A stretch of DNA of 64,000 nucleotides from the human T2T-CHM13v2.0 reference genome, Homo sapiens: assembly GCF_009914755.1 (NCBI RefSeq), contig NC_060928.1; one strand, 5' to 3'. The notes below the pieces were generated by a model, which was given only the letters and a program-made list of their open reading frames with translations, made no database searches and was not told the origin of the DNA. Position numbers and translations under genes: made by a program. Shown here one piece after another: positions 1 through 15,229 of the stretch. Positions within the stretch are counted from its first letter, which is position 1. Each line of letters starts with the position of its first letter.

Positions 1-529
1 TTCTTTTGCCTCTATAATCCCACAGCACTTGCTATAAATCTGTCTAATTTCTATTTAGGTAAATGTATATCTCTGTTGTATCCACTGACTTGCAAACTGT
101 ATAAAAACACATACATCATTTACTTTTTTCTTTGTACAATGACTACACAGAACAGCACATTTTGTGCAATAGGCTCCCAAAAATATGTGGCAAATTGAAT
201 TAAAATCTTATTTCACATAACCATAATCTAACCCACAAACCACAACTACTAAATTAATTTATAATCTGGAATGAAAGCAGGAACCATTTTGTTGTACTGT
301 TCTTAGAGTCACTCATCAAGGCAGACTACATTAGTAACTTCATAGAGACTACAGTACAGTTTATATAGCATTCATACATTTCTTTGGTCTCGTAATAGTG
401 GGAAGATCACATCCTTCATAAATGTTCATGACCATAATCATCAGCATCATGTTAGTAACAATAATAGAAGGCATGACAGATGATTTGCTAGCCATTCTCC
501 TTCATTTTCTAAATTAATCCTACAGCACT

Positions 530-680
530 GGTTTAGCAAGGTAGTTGCTAATTCCATTTTGGAAGGAGAAAATAAAGTTGAGAGGGGTTAAGTGAGTTTC
601 CCAAGATCACTCAGTTAGAGAATAGCAGAGGGGAGATATAATTCCAGCTCTGTCTGATCCCAGAATACTTGCTCTTTCTC
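530..680 (-). mobile_element. MIR SINE fragment
   Basis: Degenerate MIR core in antisense: ccattttggaaggagaaaa...ggttaagtgagtttcccaagatcactcagttag. Confidence 0.65.
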
Positions 681-3600
681 TGTATTACACAGACACAGAG
701 AAAACAAAGCATCATCTTAGAAAAGGGCAGGTCTGCACATTAAGTCTCTGTTGCCTGCTCTAAGAAGCAGAGAGGAGGGCCTGCATGCCCTATATACCTA
801 TAAACCTGTGATGTTGGGTAGGTATTAAAAAGGTTTGCTGTTGGCCAACCACTAAGGGGCAGTGATACATAACAATCGGCACCTTGTGGCTCTGAGCAGC
901 AAGTCATGGCAGCTATAAGTCCATTGCAGAAAAAAGAATTGAATCCTCTTGGTTTTATTTCTCAGTAGAGAACTGGAGCAGAAACAAAGCAAAACACTTT
1001 GTCTCCCCCCAGGATCTAGTTATACCTTTTACTAAGACAAACACATCACATTCAATTCTCCGATCTCATTGCTGATGAGAGAGAAATACATTCAGAGAAC
1101 CAACTGGAGCATCCAAATATCCCTCACACAAAAATAAGCAGTGGCTTTGTTTACAGATCTCTTTCCTTTCTTTACCACCGTCCTATGCTCATAGAGGCAA
1201 GCAAGTTAACTTGTATGAAAACATGTTCTCTTTTTGTTACTGAAGTTTAAGGTTTCAAATGGGCTATAATGTCTGAATGCTTGGACCCTAGCAATTAGGG
1301 TACTGGTAGTTAATGTCCTTCCAGCTCTGTCAGCTCCAGCTCCTTTACATAATATCCTCAAATATTGCTTTTATGCTGGACAAGGTTGGATGCATAGAAA
1401 TTGCTATTATAAAGGTTAGAGGGAAAATCCTTGTACTAGAGTTGACATGCTGTATTGATCCATATGAAATCCAACCATTACTGAGACAGATGGGGGAGCT
1501 CTGAGACTCTCAATCCAAAAATTGCATCCGTTATTGCTGATGCTGCTGTACATGCTGACAATAGCTACAGTCTGAAAAGCAGGGTTTACATGCCTGAAAT
1601 AAATTGTTTTGATTAGAACCTTTAGGAGAGAAAGTCATAAGGTACAGTTTTATTGACTACTTGCCAAACAACACGGACCCATGCACCGTAAGCTTGTTTT
1701 GCTCTTGTAAGTCAAGCAACAACTAGGCTTTTATTTTCTAACATTATGGACTTAGAGTATAATATATTGTCATTTACTTTGAATTATTGCACACGTGGCA
1801 TTTTAGGAAATGGTATTAATTTTCAAGTATTGCTGACTTCTCTTCATATCTTTGCTTGTGTATTTGCTTGTTTCCTTATAGCAGGTATACTTTAATTTTG
1901 TGTGATAAAATTAGACTGCTTTGATTGTGTGATAATCCATTAAGTGTTGTGGCCAACAAAGTGAGTTCAGAAAGCTGCTACTGGGCCCTAAGAAACAAAT
2001 TGTAAGGAGAATAATTATATAACTAACTATATTAATAATGCCTTTTTTGTTCTCTCCTCTGAAGCTTATTTTTTTTTCTGTGCAGAGAGCTTTCTTTTAA
2101 TCTATTGCTGTTTTTCCAAAACAAAACAATTCAGTGCAATCAACCAAAAAAATTGGACAAATGGTTGTAAAATGCAAAATGAGAAGCCAGCATCCTTGTT
2201 GTCTGAAGTTGGACCTGTGTTACTTTATCCCTCACTAAAGCAATTCATCGTGATGTTCTTTTCCCATTGAAATGCATGGAGCTCATTCTTCTTTCTTACA
2301 TTCTTAGCATGCATATGTGAATTTCAGTGTTGGCTCTTACAGATAGAATAGAGAGTACAGAAAGTTCACTCTAAGTACTACTTATAATGATACAATTCCT
2401 GTATCTGTTACACCTACGTGAAAACAAACATCTTGCCTAGAGAGAACGAGGGGTGCATGTTTTCCATACAACCACTTTTATGAATACATAAAATTAAGTG
2501 CATGAATAAAAGGAAACTACATGTATTATATAATATATTTTATGATGAGCACTGTATTGCCTGTTTTACGTATATTATATACCAAATTTTGTCTAATTTA
2601 CTGAAACAAAGAAAAATAATAACTAACAAATATATATAGTGTTGTGCCCATTAAGTGCAAACTTGACTTAATCAGTCTTGTATTTATTAATCCAACTACA
2701 TCCTAACTTTGTTCAGATTAATTAATCAATTAGTAAAATGCAAGTAGAACATGATGACTGCCCTCTAGGATTTTATAATCCATTCAACAGATATGAATCA
2801 TTGCATTCCGTTGTTAGCTGGGAAATACTAAATGTCAAATGATTATTAAAGCTATGTACTAAGATATCAACAAAGGCCAGATATTGCTAGCTGAATAGAA
2901 TAATACTTTTGTCTCATACAACAAATGCCTGTTTAAAAAAAAAAGGGCATGTATTAATTAATGTGGCAGCACCAGTATATACAGCTAACATTTGACCAAT
3001 AGCATTTCAAGGTTTCATAAATTGTTCTTAATATGTGCTGACACCACCAGATTCTAAAATGGTGAGATCCAGGGTCTCAATTTTTAAAAACTCATTTGAA
3101 TGACAAGTTGCCTAGCTTTCAGTTTATATGCCATAGGAGAGCTAAAGGTAGAATTAAATTTGCTAGAATCTGAACCTTGGATTTGGGGTTAGCATTGAAG
3201 TCTGGACCACAAACTATATTTTTCAATACCCAGTCTGCACTACCAGGCACCCACAGTAATGCTAATTGCAAGGGTCCTGTCATCTTTCTAAAGTGTTGCA
3301 TGAAGTTTTATCACCATTATCATTACAGGATAAATAAAAAAGATTATTACATGAAACTAGTTAACACTTGTCCATATGTCAGAATGGCAGGTGTGTTCAT
3401 AAGTGGCCCACTTACCTAAACAACTTACTTAATCTGTTTACATTCTTCAAGAATTTCAGACCATTGTATGCAGCAGGAATATGTAGTAGTCTCACTGCAA
3501 TGCAAGAGTTAAATCCTGTCTCTGCTCTTAAGCAGCCAGGAGGGTCATAAGCATTGAAACAAATGGAGCATCATTTATTACCACTGTCTCCTCTGCTGTG

Positions 3601-4064
3601 TTTTTGAGAGGAAGTATTGGCACTTACTTTGCAACCGATTTGATCTTCTGTTCTCTGAGGAAATGCTGTCACTGGTATTATTTACTCTCTGAGCAACAAA
3701 TCCTCATAAATTATAATGGTTCTCCAGACAGCCATTTACAAATTTAATCAGGGATGATTTCCTTGCCTTTTTCAATTATCCCCAAATTATATTCAGGCAC
3801 TGTCCTGTGCCGCATTTATTTCAGAAATACAACTACAACAAGCTTCCAATCTAAAGATACATAGCTGGTAGCCTGTTGAAAAAAAAAATGTTATTCCTCC
3901 TGCCTAAGAGTATAAAAGTGCTGCAGGAGATTCTAGGGCATGCTGTGTGCCAACAACCTTTTTTGTTTCCTGTTGACAACACATATCACCCAAATAACCA
4001 ATAATCATAGAATGTGAACATGAACAAGAACCATATCCCAACAGCACAGACTTAGAATACAGAG

Positions 4065-4270
4065 AGACATGAGTTTTTGTTCTGCCTCCACTATTTACTA
4101 GCAATGCACCCATGAGAGTGTCTTAGCTTCTTTAGGACACATTTTCTACAAACGTAAAATTAGATCAACAGAACTCATACAATTATTGATAAAATTAAAT
4201 GGTATAATGTATATAAGTAATACAGAGATGTCTAGATAGAGTAAATACTCAATAAATGGCAGCTATTATT
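4065..4270 (+). mobile_element. MIR SINE fragment
   Basis: MIR 3' half motifs: aaaattaaatggtataatgtatataag...gtaaatactcaataaatggcagctattatt. Confidence 0.65.
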
Positions 4271-4664
4271 AATGGCCCAACTCTCCTCTCTTTCTAAATG
4301 AAGCAACCTAACCAGAAAGTATTTGCCAAGGATCATATAGAGTTGGGAATAACCTCAGAGTTTGAACATGTGTTTCCACTTTTGCATCACTTTCTATTAA
4401 ACTCTGTAGTAGTTTATATTATGTGACACTCAAATGTAAATAATTCCCTGGGCACTCTACTCACTGTTTAGTGGAGATCCTACTAATTTTGTGTCATTTC
4501 AAGTAAGGACATAGAGGAATTGTAGAATGTTGCCTCTGGATATATTTTAGGCTCATTTCAAGCTGTTTTTACATTTAGGCATAGTACTGTTGGATACTGA
4601 TGCAGGATGAAGTTGAGCTGCCTCAAAAATAAAAACTCAACAGGGCCAAGCCAATGTTAATAAA

Positions 4665-5125
4665 TGTGATGACTACTTTTAATGTGTCAACTTGATGGGA
4701 ATCATGGGGGTGTCCAGATATTTGGCTTAGCTGTATTCTGGGTGTGTCTGTGGGGGAGCTACTGGGTGAGAGTTACATTTGAATCAGTAGTCTGAGTAAA
4801 AAAAGATTGCTTTCCTCAATGTGGGTGGGCCTGATCCAAATTCCTGAGGGCCTGCATAGAACAAAAGGCATATGAAGAAGGAATTGATCCCTTCTTTTGT
4901 AGTGCTGTTTGAATGAGATATCCATCTTGCTCTACCCTCAGGCTGTGACTTAGATCTGGTTTTCAGGCCTTATTACTCAGCATGAATTACACCATTAAGG
5001 TTTTGTGGGTGTCCAGCTAGCAATGATGTGCAACTTCTCAGTCTCGTGTGAGCCAATTCCTCATAATAAATCTCTTTCTACATATACAACCTATCAGTTA
5101 TGTCTCTCTGGAGCACCCAAGTACA
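4665..5125 (+). mobile_element. MLT2-family (ERVL) solo LTR
   Basis: TG...CA termini; 5' tgtgatgactacttttaatgtgtcaacttg; gtgagccaattcctcataataaa polyA region; 5-bp TSD ataaa/ataag. Confidence 0.85.
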
Positions 5126-5695
5126 ATAAGCTAAGTAAAGGATCCTGGATCAGGAGGCCAGAGTACAGTAGCCTCAAGAATTGAAGGAATAATAACATTT
5201 GTCTTTCACAGGCCACACATAAGGAGGGGGCCACAAGCAGAGAGTTGTATTCGATTTATTTTTGCTTTCATTTTTATAATGACATTTGGGGTCCAATAAT
5301 GGAAACACCAAAGAAATTGTGTGAACAAGCAGAGACGAAGACTAAGTACACAAAATTACCTAGATCTATTTCCTTTCAAATAATTGATAACTAGTCAAAA
5401 TTACAACAAGCAGACATCAATAATTTCTTTAAAAATAAAGACAATAATTTACAATTTTATTGTCAGTGATAAGCCAGTCTTCTGAGTTACAACGTTCAGA
5501 AAACCAAATAGATAGGCATTTCAAAAATAGGTCCCAATTCAGAAAGTGCTAAAAATGAATAAATTTATGCAAAATAAATTAGTATTAGTTATAACATGCC
5601 ATAGTATTATACAGAATCAAATTGAGCAAAATGGTAAAATAATTGCATTCCACTCCTGTGTCATTACTATTTGCTCTGGGATTACATTATATATT

Positions 5696-6111
5696 TGATA
5701 GATGCAGGAGGTAGGTATGGGGCATGTTCCCCAGAGAATCCCTGACCCACCTCCCAGTATTTACATCAGATGCTTTTGTGCAGATGAGGGAAACTGCCCA
5801 GGATATTTTCTGCACATGCCTGCAACAGACGGGGGACCCTCCTGGGCACTGGGAGAATGAGGTGGAGACGCAGGAAGTTCGTGTCTTGTGTAGGGGGAAG
5901 AGCCTGGCCTCTTCAACTCCTATGTGGTGGCCTGGTATTCAGTCTGTGAGGTGGGAGCCTGTTAACAGAACCCCTCCTTTTTTCACTGAGAGTTTTCTTT
6001 TAATAAATTCTCCTCTCTTCACCTTTCAATGTGTCTGCATGCCTAATCTTTCCTGGTCATGTGACAAGAATCCTGTTTTAGCGGAACTAAGGAGCAAAAA
6101 AATTTGCATAA
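5696..6111 (+). mobile_element. ERV1 solo LTR (MER48/MER61-like group; subfamily uncertain)
   Basis: Starts tgatagatgcaggagg; aataaa at ~6002; 3' end cctggtcatgtgacaagaa...aactaaggagcaaaa typical of this LTR group. Confidence 0.7.
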
Positions 6112-6414
6112 TTTTGATCGTATGCCATAGATTACAGGGAAAAAAAGGCAACATTCAGTGATTTCCAAATAAGAAATGATCCAAAATGTACAGACTTTCA
6201 AGCTCTAAAGTAATTTAAAATGTTGTGTATATGTATTTGTATGTAGGAGCTGAGGAATACTGATAGGTATTGAAAGCAGTGTATTGAAAGATAAATACTT
6301 ATATATAATGAGAGCTGAAGTCTCTGAGGCATCCCAATGAATAATGCTTCTCTTCCTTGCCCCGATTTTTTAAATTAAGGTCTAAAACAAAAGGAAGGTG
6401 GAAGACAATATATA

Positions 6415-6458
6415 ATCTCTCTCTCTCTATTTCTGGGAGATATATATATATATATATT
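6415..6458. repeat. (CT)n and (TA)n microsatellites
   Basis: Read directly from the sequence. Confidence 0.85.
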
Positions 6459-6604
6459 TCTATAGAAACTTTTGGTTTCATTATGACTCTATCTCATAGA
6501 CTCTAATTTTTCTAAATTATTATCTATGTTAATATAAATCCTGGAGTGTCTAATATACAATAAAGAACAGGAAAAGTGTCAGTGATTTTTAAGTGCAATA
6601 ATAT

Positions 6605-7311
6605 TGTTACTAGTGAAAGAGATCTGATTTACCCTAAATTACTGGTGGCCTATCCTTATGAGTCCATAGCAACTTGAGTCCTTGCTTTCTCAGAAGAAAG
6701 AACTGGACTGAGGGGCATAAAGCAAAAAAAAAAAAAAAAAAAAAAGAGACCTAGGCAAGTTCTAGAGCAGGAATAGAAGTTTATTTAGAAAGTCCTCAGA
6801 ACAGAAAAGAAAGGAAGGTGCATTTGGAAGAGATTCAAGCAGGCATGTGAAGGTTAAAGAGAGAAGGTCAAGTGCCCCCATTTAACCGTGATCCTAGAAC
6901 TTTTATAAGCTTGTCTCTCTCCCATGATTCTTCTCCTAGGGTGGGTTTTCCGCATGCCCAGCGCTTTCCTTACCCTTCAGAAGTGAGCACAAGCATTGTG
7001 TTTAGGGAATTATATTCATGCCCATCTGAGGCTTTCTTCCCTTTTCTGGGAGAATGTGCCCTGGAAGATCATACTTCACCATTTTTATCTCTTAACACGC
7101 ATTCCCAGGAAGTTGTTTCTCCCTGGGTGCTGCTTTCAATTAACATTTTGATGTTAACAGGTGCCGACCATCAGGAAATGGCCTCTCCCTGGTGCTGTGG
7201 AATTATTTTTAGAGAGGCAATGTGAAATTTGCCGAACCATCACCTGGCATTTCTAGTGGGTAGGAGGGGAGAGCCCTCTCCTGCCCCACTCATGCCTAAC
7301 TACCTGTATCA
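6605..7311 (-). mobile_element. MER50-family ERV1 solo LTR
   Basis: Reverse complement starts tgatacaggtagttaggcatgagtggggcaggagagggctctcccc; TG...CA ends; perfect 4-bp TSD atat (6601-6604, 7312-7315); internal A run at ~6724-6745. Confidence 0.85.
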
Positions 7312-7521
7312 ATATTTCAGTAATTTAATCCGATAAGAGGTAGCGTTCTTTTCTGATATTTTGCTCTCTCAAAGTCTATGGCACAACAATGTTGATTATC
7401 TTCAATATGGTGTCCATTTCTCAATTATCTTAATAATTATATATTTATTGCCCATACAGCATTTACATTGCATTGGTAGTCTTCCCAGGTAACATGAATA
7501 TGTCACTTTTGTTCAGCTTTA

Positions 7522-7855
<334 letters not shown>

Positions 7856-10800
7856 AAAGATTATTTCTGTATCTGTCATGCTCTTGCAACTTAATACTAC
7901 AAAACCAGAAGTTTAATAAACCCTAAATGCTTCACCTTTGTATTCAGTTTTATACATTTCATTCATATTTACAAGTGATCCTGTCCATCCCTCAGCAAAT
8001 ATTATGAGATAAGCCTCCTATCCCGGCATTATTTTTTAACAGAAGCCAAATGTTATTGCCTCTATTCAAAATCTTAGCTGAGGAATAAATGGAGTTTCAT
8101 TGCAACTATTCTCAGAAAAGTACCGTAGACTTCCCTCACTGCCTTGTGAACTCCTTTGTCTCCCATTTCCTCAACCCATCAAACACCTTAGACAAGCAAA
8201 GGCCTGTAAGGACAGGCTACAGGAACAGTTTTGAAATGTGACATCTAGGTTGCATATCCCAGTCCTTCTCTTGGCATATGCCCAGCATAGCAGACAATGG
8301 AATCTGGAGTTAAATGACTAGCTGTTAAACATTTAATAACAGTAGCTCAAGCATTTGTTAATTGTCTTCTTCTTTTGTAAAAGGAATGCCCAAGTGAGAA
8401 GGTAATACAAAGTAGCTATTATCCTATCAATATTTATTCTACCAGTCTAACTGGGACCACAGGGTTGAAACAAAACATTCAGACAGTTCATCTCCTTAAT
8501 TCCAAATTTGAATGTCTTTAAATCTCTCAAGAGGTGATTGTTACTATTATTATTTTTTAAATTTCCATTGATAATAATAATAGTAGTAACGCTTCCAATA
8601 GGGTAAAATAGGGATTGCTTTCTGACTTAATATTCACTCTTGCCCATGAGAGAAGTAACTTTTCCCATGGGTGATATTGAGAGAAGATAATAAGTGTGAC
8701 CCAGCCTCTTCCTCACTGGAATATGCCTACTAGCAAAAAGCACATACTCTCTGCATCACATTCCTTAGATCCTTAAAAGAGCAGGACCCCATTGAGACAT
8801 CTTGTAAATTCCCAGCAATACTTGGAACTGAGTGAGCAAGTTCAACTTCAGGTTATAGTCTGAGCTAGCCAACATGGCTAATAGACTGAAAGACACATTC
8901 TCTAATTTAGGTGTTATCAGTATTCTCGATGCTCTTTTGATCTCTATCTGTCTGATCCCTGTGTTTCTTAATTGGTTCCCAACTTGGGCAGAAAAAAAAA
9001 GATGCTATTAATTATTCCCTCCTCAAGTTGCAGCAATAGATCACATTTATTGATGTTTCATTTATTTGAATTTTATACATTTATATTGTTCATAAATGCC
9101 ACTGAATTACAATTTAGTGTTTCACAAGCAATTAATTATTTACCTCTATAGCAAAGTTATAGTTTTGATTATATTTATAATGGCTTTATTAACTTTTCAT
9201 TACTTAGATGCAATTAAGCATTAGTAAAATCTCAAACAGTGATCATAGATAGAAGACTTAAGTGACAACAAACACTAAGAAATGTGGAAGAAATCAACTC
9301 AAATAAAATCTAAATTTGCTGGAGGATTTGGAAGCAATGATTGTAAATTGCCTTTGTGCATGCTTGTATGTTTTAATTATCTCCACCTCTAGGAGATCAC
9401 AGTACTACCAGATTTTTAGTGAAAGAGTTCCAAGTTTTTCAACCTTTAAATATTATTGGAGATTTTCCAATTTGTCTTTATTTTCCTAGAACAGCATAGA
9501 ATCATCACCCTGGTATTTTTTCAATTCATCATAAATTTAGTTATATAGTCAAAGTATCTTCTGAATAATGTATCAGTGCCAGAATGTGCCTAGATACAAA
9601 CCAGATTCAAAGGATCTTTAATATGCCTTTGTTTAATACACACATAAATGAATCACCAGGGAGTAAACTGATTTCCGTATTTGTCCATAGCCACGAATTA
9701 TAACTCTTCCTTAAGAATATATATTTAGTGTATGTATTTTAGCTTTCCACTTTTAACTCTTTAATTGTATTTAATTATATTTGGTACATTGTATTTTACA
9801 TTTAAACTGAACTTCACTATCATCCCCCCACCCAAAGTCAGGAGAAAAATGATAGAGAGAAGAAGAATTTTCAAATTCCCTTGCCTCCCAGTTGTATTTT
9901 CTGTCCTTCAAATATAAAGTGATATGTTATCTGTAGACCAAGTGCTTTGAGTTCATTTTCCACTTATGAAAATCCAAGCATGCAAATATCCCTGTGCTCT
10001 CAGAAATGCAAGCTCAATTTAAGCTATGTCACTGAGGAACAAAGGCAATTAAATTAGCCTTCCCTCTTCTCCTCGATGCCTTTCTTCTGACCCTTCCACT
10101 TTACTGATAATTTGTCTCAAAAACCATGTCAGGAGAGCTCAAGATCAAACTCATATGCTACTCACCATTATAAGCCTCACTTGAACTCTGGAAAAAAAGG
10201 CTTGGATAAGACTGATTTCTCTCATTTACCTCCCACTCTGATGAAAACTTTTCTCATGAGCTGGGGATCTCTGTTGACACTGATGTTATCTCACCTAAAA
10301 CTTAAATTTTCATTTCCACTTTAAAAGTCATTGAGGTGACCTTCTCTATGGAAGCATAGTGATTAGAACAAATAAATGTGCCTAATATCATCTTCCATTT
10401 ACTACTTTGCTGATAGTTTTTCTGGTTCATCTTAGAATTTTAAAGTTGGATGGAATCGTAGCAGAGAGAGTAGGTAAATTGTGTCTTTCCATGACTAACA
10501 TGTAAACATTTGGTGACTACCGCAGATTCAGTGAAGACCTTGAATGAGAAAGTTGGCAAAGTAGGATCTGAGAATGGTACCTATGTTATCTGATTAAGAT
10601 AGTAAAACAAGGGGAGGAATTCCATTTTAAAATCCAGAGATGTAATCATGAATAATTTTAGAATTTTATTTGGAGTGTTCTGCACTTACAAAAGATTGTA
10701 GTCCAGGTTCTGTGTAAAAACTATTACATGAACTAGGTAAAGTTAGAGCCAGCCCATACCAATGTGACTTACACACATCAGGATTTGATGGCTGATTCAT

Positions 10801-13800
10801 TCATCAACATTTTTGACGTGATTTATTTTTTTGTCTTTCCTAAATATTTTTATGACTTAGTCTTGCTCTGTCTCCCAGTCATCTGAGAGTACTTGCATGT
10901 CTACTCTGATACCTGAGAAACAGTTATAAAATAGAAGAAATATAATTAAACCCACCAAGACAGATCTATTCATTGCCAAACTATGTAGACAAGTACACAA
11001 AAATTAGATATACATAAGATTGTTATTCTGGTGGATTTATGAATGAGAAACTGGTTATCTTTATATATAATTTTATCTAATTTTTTTTCTTTTTAAGAAA
11101 AACAGAGGTACTATCCCTTGGGTGATCATGGAAAACCATAGTTAATGCTGAGAATCCATATTCATACCATAGGAAAAAAAATTGAATAAAATTCTAACTG
11201 TTGCTCTGAGTGGGATCAAGGAATGCTGAAATGCTTAACTGTCACTTTTTTTAAACCTTTTTCGGCCAACCTGTGCGAAATATCAGGAAGAAATGTCAAC
11301 CTAGAGACACTGTCCTTCAGACTATAGCAAAGTACAAGCATCTGGTAAATGTATTTCAAGCCCCATGGGGAATCACTTTAGGCATTGGCACTTTATATTT
11401 TTGCACATATGCTAAAGGCTAAATGTTAAATCAAATTCATGCAGGTATTTGTTTATATGTATACAACAATCTAAATTATTTGGGAAAAGATGAAGCTGAA
11501 TCAAATATAGAGAGCTGTAACACATATTTAATGCTGTGACAAGGGATAAGTACTGGCCTCCTTAGCAGAATCAGACTACCATGTTGAACCTGTTCTCCCC
11601 TTGCAGCTCAAAGGGGCTGTTCCTAGTGGGGGTAGGAATGGATAACAGCTCTGCTAACTGCACACAGTGGAAGGAGGAAAACACCAAACTCTTCTGCTCT
11701 GTCTTCTGAAGAGGCCATTCTTTCAAGCAGTAGCTTTAGAAATTCACTTCGATTTGGAAGAAATTAGTTTCTGTCACTTGACTATCCCAGTCTCAGAAAT
11801 ACCTTCAGCGTGTCAATGGGAAAGATCCATTTGGGGTGCACTCACTGCATAAAGGAGGTTTTACAGTCACAGGAGATCCTTACCTTTCAATAGAACTACT
11901 TTCCCACCTTTCTTTTCCTAGGTAATTCCCAAGCTCTCTCTCACAGTTGCATTGTTTGAAAACCATTACTTTTAGTAATGGTGGGAGGATTGTGATCTAA
12001 GACTTGACTGCAACCATTTCAAAGTGCTAAAGGTAGTGGTAATGTCACCTTAGTGACTAGAGAAACACCAACTGAATTGAAATGTTCTGTTGTTAATGGA
12101 AAAAAAAAAAACAAAAAACAAAAAACACTGCAACTTCAGGGAGAGGGAGAAAAAATGACTCTCACAATGCCCAGAACAGCAGGGAGCTATCCTGTACATA
12201 CAAGTGAAATAATCATGCCTTGGTCATATTGGGATGAATTTCTATTAAGGGTTGATGTAGGTCTTTATGCTGCAAGCTACTGGGTTCTCAAGAGGAATAA
12301 AAATGACTCCCTGGGAATCCTGGGTGCCATTAGACAAAGGATATCTAAATGGCCTAGGGTGAGAATATAACACATTTCCTTATATGTCAGAACAGAATCA
12401 GAATTTGATATTAACTTCCAAATGGCACTAATTCAGAAACCCATTTTTTAATCAACTTGGCTATTTCCATATGTCTATTTTTAAATTTCTTGCCTGTCAC
12501 CATAATTTGAAGTTACTTTGACAAGAGTGCTATTTTAGGATTCTACATCTAGTCCCTCCCTGTGCTTTTGTGTTTTCTGTCTTTTTAATATCAATTATAA
12601 TCGCCACTAGAAATAAGAATAGGTATGCCAGCTCATGTCTTTGCAATTAGAATTCAGGAAATGCTGACGATATCTTATAAATGTATAATTCATATCATTC
12701 TTTAATTAATTGTGACCTCATTATTACAACAGTAGCTTACATGACTTTAGATCAAAAATCAGTATTTTGGAGAGATCATGTATTTTGCTACCGTGGCATA
12801 GACGCTTTACCTATTGAAGGAATATTAATCAATAGTGTCAGAAGTATTAATGGGAGATAAAAGATGACATGACACTGGCTAAAATGAGGCAGATAATATC
12901 TTTTAACTTAAACTATGGATTTTCAAATAATAAGAAATGATATGCTACTATTATCTAATTGGGAAAGGAAAAATATCCTCCCCTTCTTTTTTTTAAAAAA
13001 AGTACTAAATCTCAGAGAGTCATTTAAGGACTGAGGGCTCTGTCCCTTACTGAAAAATCCCTTCCCATATGTTACTGTCTGTCTAATTCTGAAACAAGTC
13101 AGCTTTTAAATTGCATTGTCAAGGGAGTAAATTTCTGCACATACATTCAGCTGCACATTAAGTTCAATAGCAGTTATTTTCAGATGAATAGTTTACTAAA
13201 GTTGCACCAACTATCCAATTTTATAAAGATATATAGGTAAACTTTTTAATTTTTTTAAATTTATGGGATCTTGGGATAAATAATTGCTGAGTTATAAGAC
13301 TCCAAATAGCTATGTTTCAGACTTATAGAATATGCATATATCTTTCAGAATGCAGAAGTCTTGCACAGTGTGATATGCGCTTTGGGCATGGATCAAAAAG
13401 AATTTCCAAATTCTATATTGGCATGTGGAAGGGGAGGGTGAATTATTAGTGATATTGAGGTATTAATTATTCAGTCTTACTGCCATGCATTATGAATAAT
13501 GTACATGGCATTCAATAGCAGAACAGCAGTTCCCATCAGTATGCAATGGTCTATAAACATATATTGGGACACCAGAGCATTAGTACTGTAATTACTTGGT
13601 CCTGGATCTTAGTATGAATACTTCATCTTCATCAGGATTAGTAGGACAGGCCTTTGTTTCCATATAACTCTGGTGTTGACCCAGCGGGTAGCATGAGATG
13701 AAATAAAGTTATGCTTGGCAAAGTGGATTAATTCTGTTGGGAAATAGCGCTTAGAAAATAAACTGTGATATGCAGCAAACTAAGGTAGAGAAAAAGAGGT

Positions 13801-13807
13801 AGAGAAT

Positions 13808-14030
13808 ATTTCTTTCTTTTTTCTTTTTTTTTTTGTTTTTTAGTTCTTGTTTCCCTTCCATCCTTCCTTCCGTCCTTCCTTCCTTCCTTCCTTTTTCCTT
13901 CCCATCCTTCCTTCCTTCTTTCCTTCCTTCCTCCCTTCCTTCCTTTTTCCTTCCTTCCTTCTTTTCTTTCCTCCTTCCTGTCTTTTCTCTCTCCCTTCCT
14001 TTCTTTCTCTCTTTCTTTCTTCCTTCTTAC
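13808..14030. repeat. Polypyrimidine (TTCC)n/(TTTC)n low-complexity tract
   Basis: Read directly; explains the ORFs at 13728-14110. Confidence 0.95.
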
Positions 14031-14069
14031 TTTTAACAAGTAAATGCTTGCCAGTGTTTACTCAGCACT

Positions 14070-14290
14070 GGAGGACAATAGATTGTAATGACTACAAACT
14101 TAGATTCTGACCAATTCAGACCTCAGTTCAAATGCAAGCGCTGAGATTCAAGAAAAGTTATTTATCTAATGATTTTTTCATGGAAAAACTGGTGAAAATA
14201 ATATCTAAAATAATAGTTTAATACAAAGACTAAATTAAATAATTTTTCAGAACAAAATACTGATTAAGACAATCACTACTGTTAGTGAGG
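14070..14290 (+). mobile_element. Probable highly diverged MIR
   Basis: cagacctcagttcaaat...aagttatttatcta...aataatatcta pattern. Confidence 0.4.
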
Positions 14291-15229
14291 ATGCATCTTA
14301 GTTTCTACACAGCATGCCAGGTACGATGAGCACATGTGGAAATACAATATGCCTTAAAATTAAAAAAAAATCAATTTGGGGTTAAAAATAAATAGCAAAA
14401 TTTTATAGAAGTTAATTAAAATGTATTAAAAGCCTATGAATATATGGTGAAGTACTTTTTATTTCTGCCTTAGTCCATTGGCACAAATAGAAGAAAGATG
14501 GATAAGAAGAAACTTTAACAGCTTCCTGAAAAGATAGCACACAGCAGGAGTTTATGACTCCCTCCTCAAAACTCAGTGCTGGGGAAATTAAAGGCAGGCG
14601 GGAAACATGCACTCCAAGAACTAATCAATCAAACAATAACAATAATGGTAACTAAGCAACAACACAAGACATCCATGGGAAGATCGGATGTTGTTTTGGA
14701 CTTGTGTGCTTAGGCAGAACACGGCTGTCATCTAAAAAATACTGCCCCTGGAACCTACAGAGAGGTTAGGGAAAATGTTTTAAATTTTGTTCCTGCATAG
14801 GCTCCTGGCAACACTGTTTCTTCAGAAGAAAACCCCAAGCAGTAGCCTAGGCCATCTGTGCTAGTGTCTTGAGGTTTTATCAGTGCATTTAAGAAGCCTG
14901 GCTGGGGTGAGAAGTTGGAGAAAACAGTTGTCAACTGAGTACTCCTTGGGCATTATTTTAAGACTGTAAGATTTTTCTGAAAGACTGACATAACATAGTA
15001 ATAATCAAACTGGCTGAGACTGTCAGAAAAAAATGGTCTGACTTTGTAGCCTTACTCAGTGCATATTAGCAGATTATATCTGATAACCTTAAGGCAACTT
15101 GAGCTCAGAGGCCAAAACCTAGATATCTGAGAAGGACAAACACTCTAAAAGACCTTGACAAACACAATCGTGAAACCAAATTATTGCAACGGGCAATCAT
15201 TTTAAATAGGAAAATAAAGGTATTAGCAG

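Noticed and set aside
13728-14110. K/E/R-rich and F/L/P/S-rich ORFs (also at 32151-32411 and 16589-17094)
   Set aside because: These translate purine/pyrimidine simple repeats and low-complexity DNA.
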